A DNA stretch of 64,000 nt from Eledone cirrhosa. Taxonomy: Eukaryota. A model generated the notes under the pieces. The model ran no database searches. It was not told where the DNA came from and saw only the letters and a program-made list of their open reading frames with translations. Position numbers and translations under genes: made by a program. Where the stretch lies: NCBI GenBank assembly GCA_964016885.1, contig OZ024742.1, positions 98,952,001 to 99,016,000 on the forward strand. The letters run 5' to 3'. This document shows, piece by piece, positions 58,521 through 64,000 of the stretch (within the stretch, counting starts at the first letter, position 1; every line of letters starts with the position of its first letter).

Positions 58521-58613
58521 CACATATGCATACAGGTACACATACATATATGCACGCATCAGTTTAGCCGACGTTTATTATAACGCAGCTTTGTATATGT
58601 ATATATATATATA

Positions 58614-58720
<107 letters not shown>

Positions 58721-58733
58721 GCATCAAAGTAGT

Positions 58734-58810
<77 letters not shown>

Positions 58811-58815
<5 letters not shown>

Positions 58816-61800
58816 ATACTTGGGGAGGGTCATATTTGTCAGAATTAATAACAGAACCCACTCACTGTTTGGTTGATTTTCGCTTTTGTGTCTTTTATAT
58901 CGGTTAATTTAATTTATTCGGTCCTCAATATTACCATTGACTGACCAACGGTCAAAAATACAGATACAATATAGACACAAACACATATATATAGTCTATC
59001 AAAGTTCTTTCGTTGCACATCTGCAACATCGTCAGTGTTGCTATTATGTTTCCTCCCGTTGCATTGTATGTTTACGCCACCTTTATTTAGTCTGTTTGTT
59101 TGTTTATTTTTTTGTCTTTTCTGCAACAACAACAATAATAACGGTAGTAGTAATATAAACAATAACTCTGAGTATAGTAATAACAGCTATAATAGTAATA
59201 GCCATAACAATAACAATAGCAGGAGAGTGAGAAATAGTAATAATGGTAATACTATTAACGTTAGACAGAACAACAACAACAACCTCAATAATAATAATAA
59301 TAATAGAAACATTAACTACAGACAGAGCAATAGCGACCACAGTAGTAATAGCGGTAACAATACGAATAACAACAACAACCACAGTGGTAATAATTGAAAT
59401 AATATATGTAGCAACATTAATGATAGACACACAAAACAAGAAACATAATAAAAGTAACAACCACAATGGTAGAAATAACAGTAACAACAACAATAACGGT
59501 GGAGAAAACAACAACAATACACCTAACAATCACAGCAACAATACATCTAGCAATCATATTAACAATACATCTAACAATCACAGCAACAATACATCTAGCA
59601 ATCATAACAATAATAATAATGCTAATGATAGGAACAACAACAACCACCATAATAACAATAATAGCAACACACCCAACTATGACGGTAGATATATTGACAA
59701 CCCCTTAGAGAAACTATTCTTCAACCCAGCTGACAAAACATATAAGATGGGTAATATCTATCCTACGAGGTTACCCTTTAATAAAAGAGTTTGCATACCT
59801 CAACAAATAGATGACGAGACAGAGGCACAGTTCACCATAGCTAGAAATAAGATTAGACAAATAGTAGACCGGTATACTAAGAGACAGAGCAGACCGAGGT
59901 CCAACAACTTGGGAGGAAACCTGTAGAAGGCTTGGTTAGCCTCAAGCAGCACACACGGGATGGTGAGGTAGTGTGTTACCCGCGGATAAGTCTGGTAGGA
60001 TGTCAATAGACAACATGCCGAACTACATCAAGGCAATGCAATCCCACATCACCAACACGAGCGAAATTGCATAGCAAATACATGATGGGAGAGAGAAAAT
60101 ACTCAACGCTCAGATGATGATGTGGACCGACATGCTAAAGCCAAGCAGACGCACTGCCAACAACTTCCAGGCATCCAACAATGGCATACCACTCCTGTAT
60201 AGGCTCCGCAAAGACCACAAGAAAGTCGACGACTCGACAACAGGATCACCAACAAGACCTGTATGCGGAGCAATATAGCTAACAACTACAGGATCTCCTA
60301 CTTCCTCTCAATGGTTATACGCCCCATAATCAAGATGACCCCAGATGTATGTGACAGTACAGAGGAACTCCTCGGCAGAATTAGTGAGTGCAACAAAAAC
60401 AGGAACCTATCCAACTCCATAATAGGCAGTATGGATGTGCTATCACTGTACCCATCCATTAACATTGATTTTGCTGTGGAAAAATGAGTGGACATGATCA
60501 TTGAGAGTGAGGTGGAGTTCTGCGACGTCGACACAGACGAACTGGGCCTCCTACATAGACTTACCTACAACACTGACTACCTAGACAGCCATGACCTTAG
60601 ACGTGTCTGCCCCAGTAGACACATAAGAGGTAGACCCCCACCATAACCTCAATGGCAAAAAAGACTCCCATGGGAAGGTGGATTGGGTGGACCAAAGCTA
60701 TACGGAGCCCCCAAAACAATGATCAGGTAAGAAAAATGGTCGCACATGCAATAGGGACTAGTATCAAAACTACCCTAAAGGGCCACATATTCAAGTTCAA
60801 CTAGAAGATCTACACCCAAAATGAGGGAACAGCTATTGGCGTCAGCATAGCTGGTGACGTTGCCAACCTTTTTATGGCATGGTGGGAAAGGAGACTCAAA
60901 GATCTCCTTGATGAGAGCTCCATAGACCTCATCATGTACTCTCGTTACGTAGACGACATCAATATAATAATAAGGACATCCCCACAAGAGAGCACGAAAA
61001 AGTTTGATTTAGAACGTAGCACAATGGAAAGCATCCAGCAGATAGGTAAATCCATACACCAGAGTATAACTGTAACTATCGACGCCCATCCTAACACCCT
61101 AACAATAGACTACCTGTATTAGACACGGAACTCTGGATTAACACTATAGACGAGAGAGCCCAAATTCTCCACTCACACTATGCTAAACCCATGGCCTCCA
61201 AATATCTGATACTCAAAAACTCAGCATGTACAATAGTGCTAAGTTTAATATTCTGATCGCAGACATGGTACGAGTGATGAAGAACGTGTCCCGCATGTGC
61301 GACCCAACAGAAATGGAAAGACACATCCAACACTTCATCAACCGCATGCAGTTCTATGTCTACAACCAAAGAGACAGAATCAGAGTATACGAAGGAGCCA
61401 CGGAGAAGTATAAGACCTTCATAGAACTGGACATGAAAGGAATGTTCCCATTATACAGGAGCAAATCATGGAATAGCTTAGATAGGACTAGACATAAGAT
61501 AGGGAAAGCCACCCCATGGTACGACAACCAGAGGTAGCAGAGTGTCATGTTTGTGGACGCTACCCCTGGAGGGAAATTAGCTAACCAGTGTAGAAAGGCC
61601 CAGAGAAAGACCCACTTAAAGATTAAGGTGGTAGAAAAGCCAGGAACCACCATAAAGTCCCTGATCAGCAAAACCTACCCTTTTAAGAAAACCCACTGTA
61701 CTAATAGGAAATGTATTATATGTAGAGTAAACCCCCGGATAAACTGTAAAACTAGAAACGTAGTCTATAGCATAAGATGTAAAGAGGGTACTTGCAGAAA

Positions 61801-62599
61801 CATGACAACAACATACATAGGCGAGACAGCTCGTAGCATAGGTGAAAGGATTGACCAACACTGGGGGAACTAAAAGGACGAAAAAACGGTTCAGTACTAT
61901 ACGAACATGCCAGACAACAATGCAACTGTAACATATACAATATAGAAGTTAGAATAATATCTAAACATAGAAATGACCCAGCAGATAGGCAAATCAGAGA
62001 GGCCAGCGAGATAGAACTTAGGAGGCCAAGGCTAAACAGAAAAAATGAATGGAATAGCAACCACACCCAAACAAACAACACTGATCTAAGCGAAGTATAA
62101 ATAGATAGATAGATAAATAATTATAAATAGATAAATACATACGCAAGCGCAATAACAGCAAACACATATAAACACACACTAGTAAATTAGATAGAATACA
62201 TTAACCAATACACAGTCACCCAAACAAGAACATCCATCAAACGAAACACTATACGAAAACGCATGCGCAGAGAAGACGAAAAAATAAACAAATAAATAAA
62301 TAAATAAACTGACTAAATAAAGATGGCGTAAACATACAGTGAAACGGGAGGAAACATAATAGCAACACTGACGATGTTGCAGATGTGCAACGAAAGAACT
62401 TTGAAAGACTATATATATGTGTTTGTATTTTGTATCTGTATTTTTGACTGTTGGTCAGTCAATGGCAACATTGAGGAACGAATAAATTAAATTAACCGAT
62501 ATAAAAGACACATAAGCGAAAACGAACCAAACAGTGAGTGAGTTCTGTTACTAATTCTGGCAATATTCCACAAATATGACCTTCCCCAAGTATAACAAT
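58811..62599 (+). mobile_element. Penelope-like element (Neptune-type), decayed, with inverted terminal repeat arrangement
   Basis: 58811-59113 is the reverse complement of ~62280-62599; RT and GIY-YIG remnants between them; hammerhead-like CTGACGA...GAAA in both repeats. Confidence 0.88.
59700..62098 (+). pseudogene. Penelope-like RT plus GIY-YIG endonuclease pseudogene
   Basis: GSMDVLSLYPSI, G.AIG..IAGDVANLFM, YSRYVDD, FVDATPGGKLA, Cys linker HCTNRKCIIC, NVVYSIRC...TYIGETARS..ER; many stops and frameshifts; boundaries approximate. Confidence 0.88.
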
Positions 62600-62656
62600 A
62601 TTTGTTTCGACACACGATTTCATATCAAAAAGCTCGCAAAACTAATTCATCGCCGT

Positions 62657-62714
<58 letters not shown>

Positions 62715-62717
62715 TAC

Positions 62718-62900
<183 letters not shown>

Positions 62901-63032
62901 CGAAACATAAGTCAATTGCATGAACTCATAAACCTTTATTCACTGCCATATATGGTAGCCATTGAATGACTATGACCTCATCAGGCAGTTAGTCATATGT
63001 ATGTATATGAATATATATATATGTATATATAT

Positions 63033-64000
63033 ATAATAACTAGAAATTGATTAACATATAGATAAACATGAAAAATCACAGGAGATAATTTTTACAAGTG
63101 TGTAACCACACATACCTAAGTAACTAGATAAAGTTGAGCAGAACTTCAAAAATAGATATGATTAATCTTTCCTGTATATATTCCATTAAAGAAATATATT
63201 TCACCAATTAATCGGATGATAAACCACGGAAGTGGAGACTTGGATTTTCAACAAGGAAGAAGTTCCAGCGAACCGTATTTACACTTCAAGTTCAAATCAG
63301 TGACTGGCCAGCACCACTTGTTGCATTTACTAGAAATACACACATCATACTAGCTTCGTCCCAGTGGCGTGAATAGGGTTATGGACAACTAGAAACAGCA
63401 GTCGAGTCCTTTCAACAGAGTTAGCCCTACAATTAAGGAGCCGTATTTATATATCTATATCCAAAATTGAGATAAATCAAATGAATTTAATCTAAATCAA
63501 AGTTATGGGTGTCATGCCAGAAAGACATGCGCCATATCACCCGCAAAATAAACTCTAAGATTCTAACGAGTAGGTCCGAGCATTTTATAATAACTAGAAA
63601 TTGATTAACATATAAATAAACATGAATAATCACAGGACATAATTTTTACAAATGTGTAACCACACATAGCTAGGTAGGTAACTAAATAAAGTTGAGCAGA
63701 ACTTCAAAAATAGATACCTTATAATATGATTAATATTCCCTGTATATATTTCATTAAAGAAATATATTTCACCAATTAATCGGATGGTAAACCACGTCTG
63801 AAAATCCTAGTCTCCACTTCCGTGGTTTACCATCCGATTAATTGGTGAAATATATTTCTTTAATGAAATATATACAGGGAAGATTAATCATATTATAAGG
63901 TATCTATTTTTGAAGTTCTGCTCAACTTTATTTAGTTACCTACCTAGCTATGTGTGGTTACACATTTGTAAAAATTATCTCCTGTGATTATTCATGTTTA
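63033..64000. repeat. Partial tandem repeat (~554 bp period) followed by an inverted copy forming a long palindrome that runs off the window
   Basis: ATAATAACTAGAAATTGATTAAC... at ~63033 and ~63587; 63820-64000 is the near-perfect reverse complement of ~63616-63796. Confidence 0.85.

Larger units (their letters stand above)
55023..58592 (-). repeat. Tandem satellite, 7 full units plus a partial unit of ~460-510 bp, each full unit with a hammerhead and an octamer
   Basis: Units start ~55023, 55497, 55977, 56451, 56912, 57422, 57912, 58373; length differences come mainly from an internal (TA)n. Confidence 0.95.

Noticed and set aside
55500-58567. Repeated short [21 protein letters not shown] in each satellite unit
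   Set aside because: Crosses a variable TA run that shifts frame between units and has no recognisable domain
55023-58592. CRISPR-like array
   Set aside because: Whole units are near-identical with no unique spacers, and the context is eukaryotic
63340-63420. Minus-strand GAAG-CTAG-TA hammerhead-like remnant
   Set aside because: Core too degenerate to call

Overview
Repeat-saturated, AT-rich eukaryotic DNA with no host protein-coding gene that I can support. The SINE and microsatellite complement resembles a mollusc or coleoid cephalopod such as Octopus (inference only). Contents: (1) a cluster of Tx1/L1-clade non-LTR retrotransposons, including two near-identical head-to-tail full-length copies at 22574-34259, one degenerate full-length copy, two deleted relics and an edge fragment; the five copies whose ends lie in the window are chained with tRNA-derived SINEs through (ATT)n tails; (2) two RTE-clade LINE fragments and a 5'-truncated CR1-clade LINE with an open ORF2; (3) a decayed hAT-like transposon, a hAT MITE and a mariner-type MITE; (4) a decayed Penelope-like (Neptune-type) element with inverted terminal repeats; (5) multi-kb (TA)n/(TACA)n tracts. 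The main hidden signal is non-coding: at least 11 well-formed type I hammerhead ribozyme motifs plus several decayed ones. Seven lie in a ~460-510 bp tandem satellite (55023-58592) that also carries an octamer ATGCAAAT upstream of each ribozyme. Diverged relatives at 11692-12173 and 54333-54984 keep the octamer, show compensatory stem changes and are longer than one unit. This suggests a retrozyme-like (circular-RNA, PLE-mobilised) element family.
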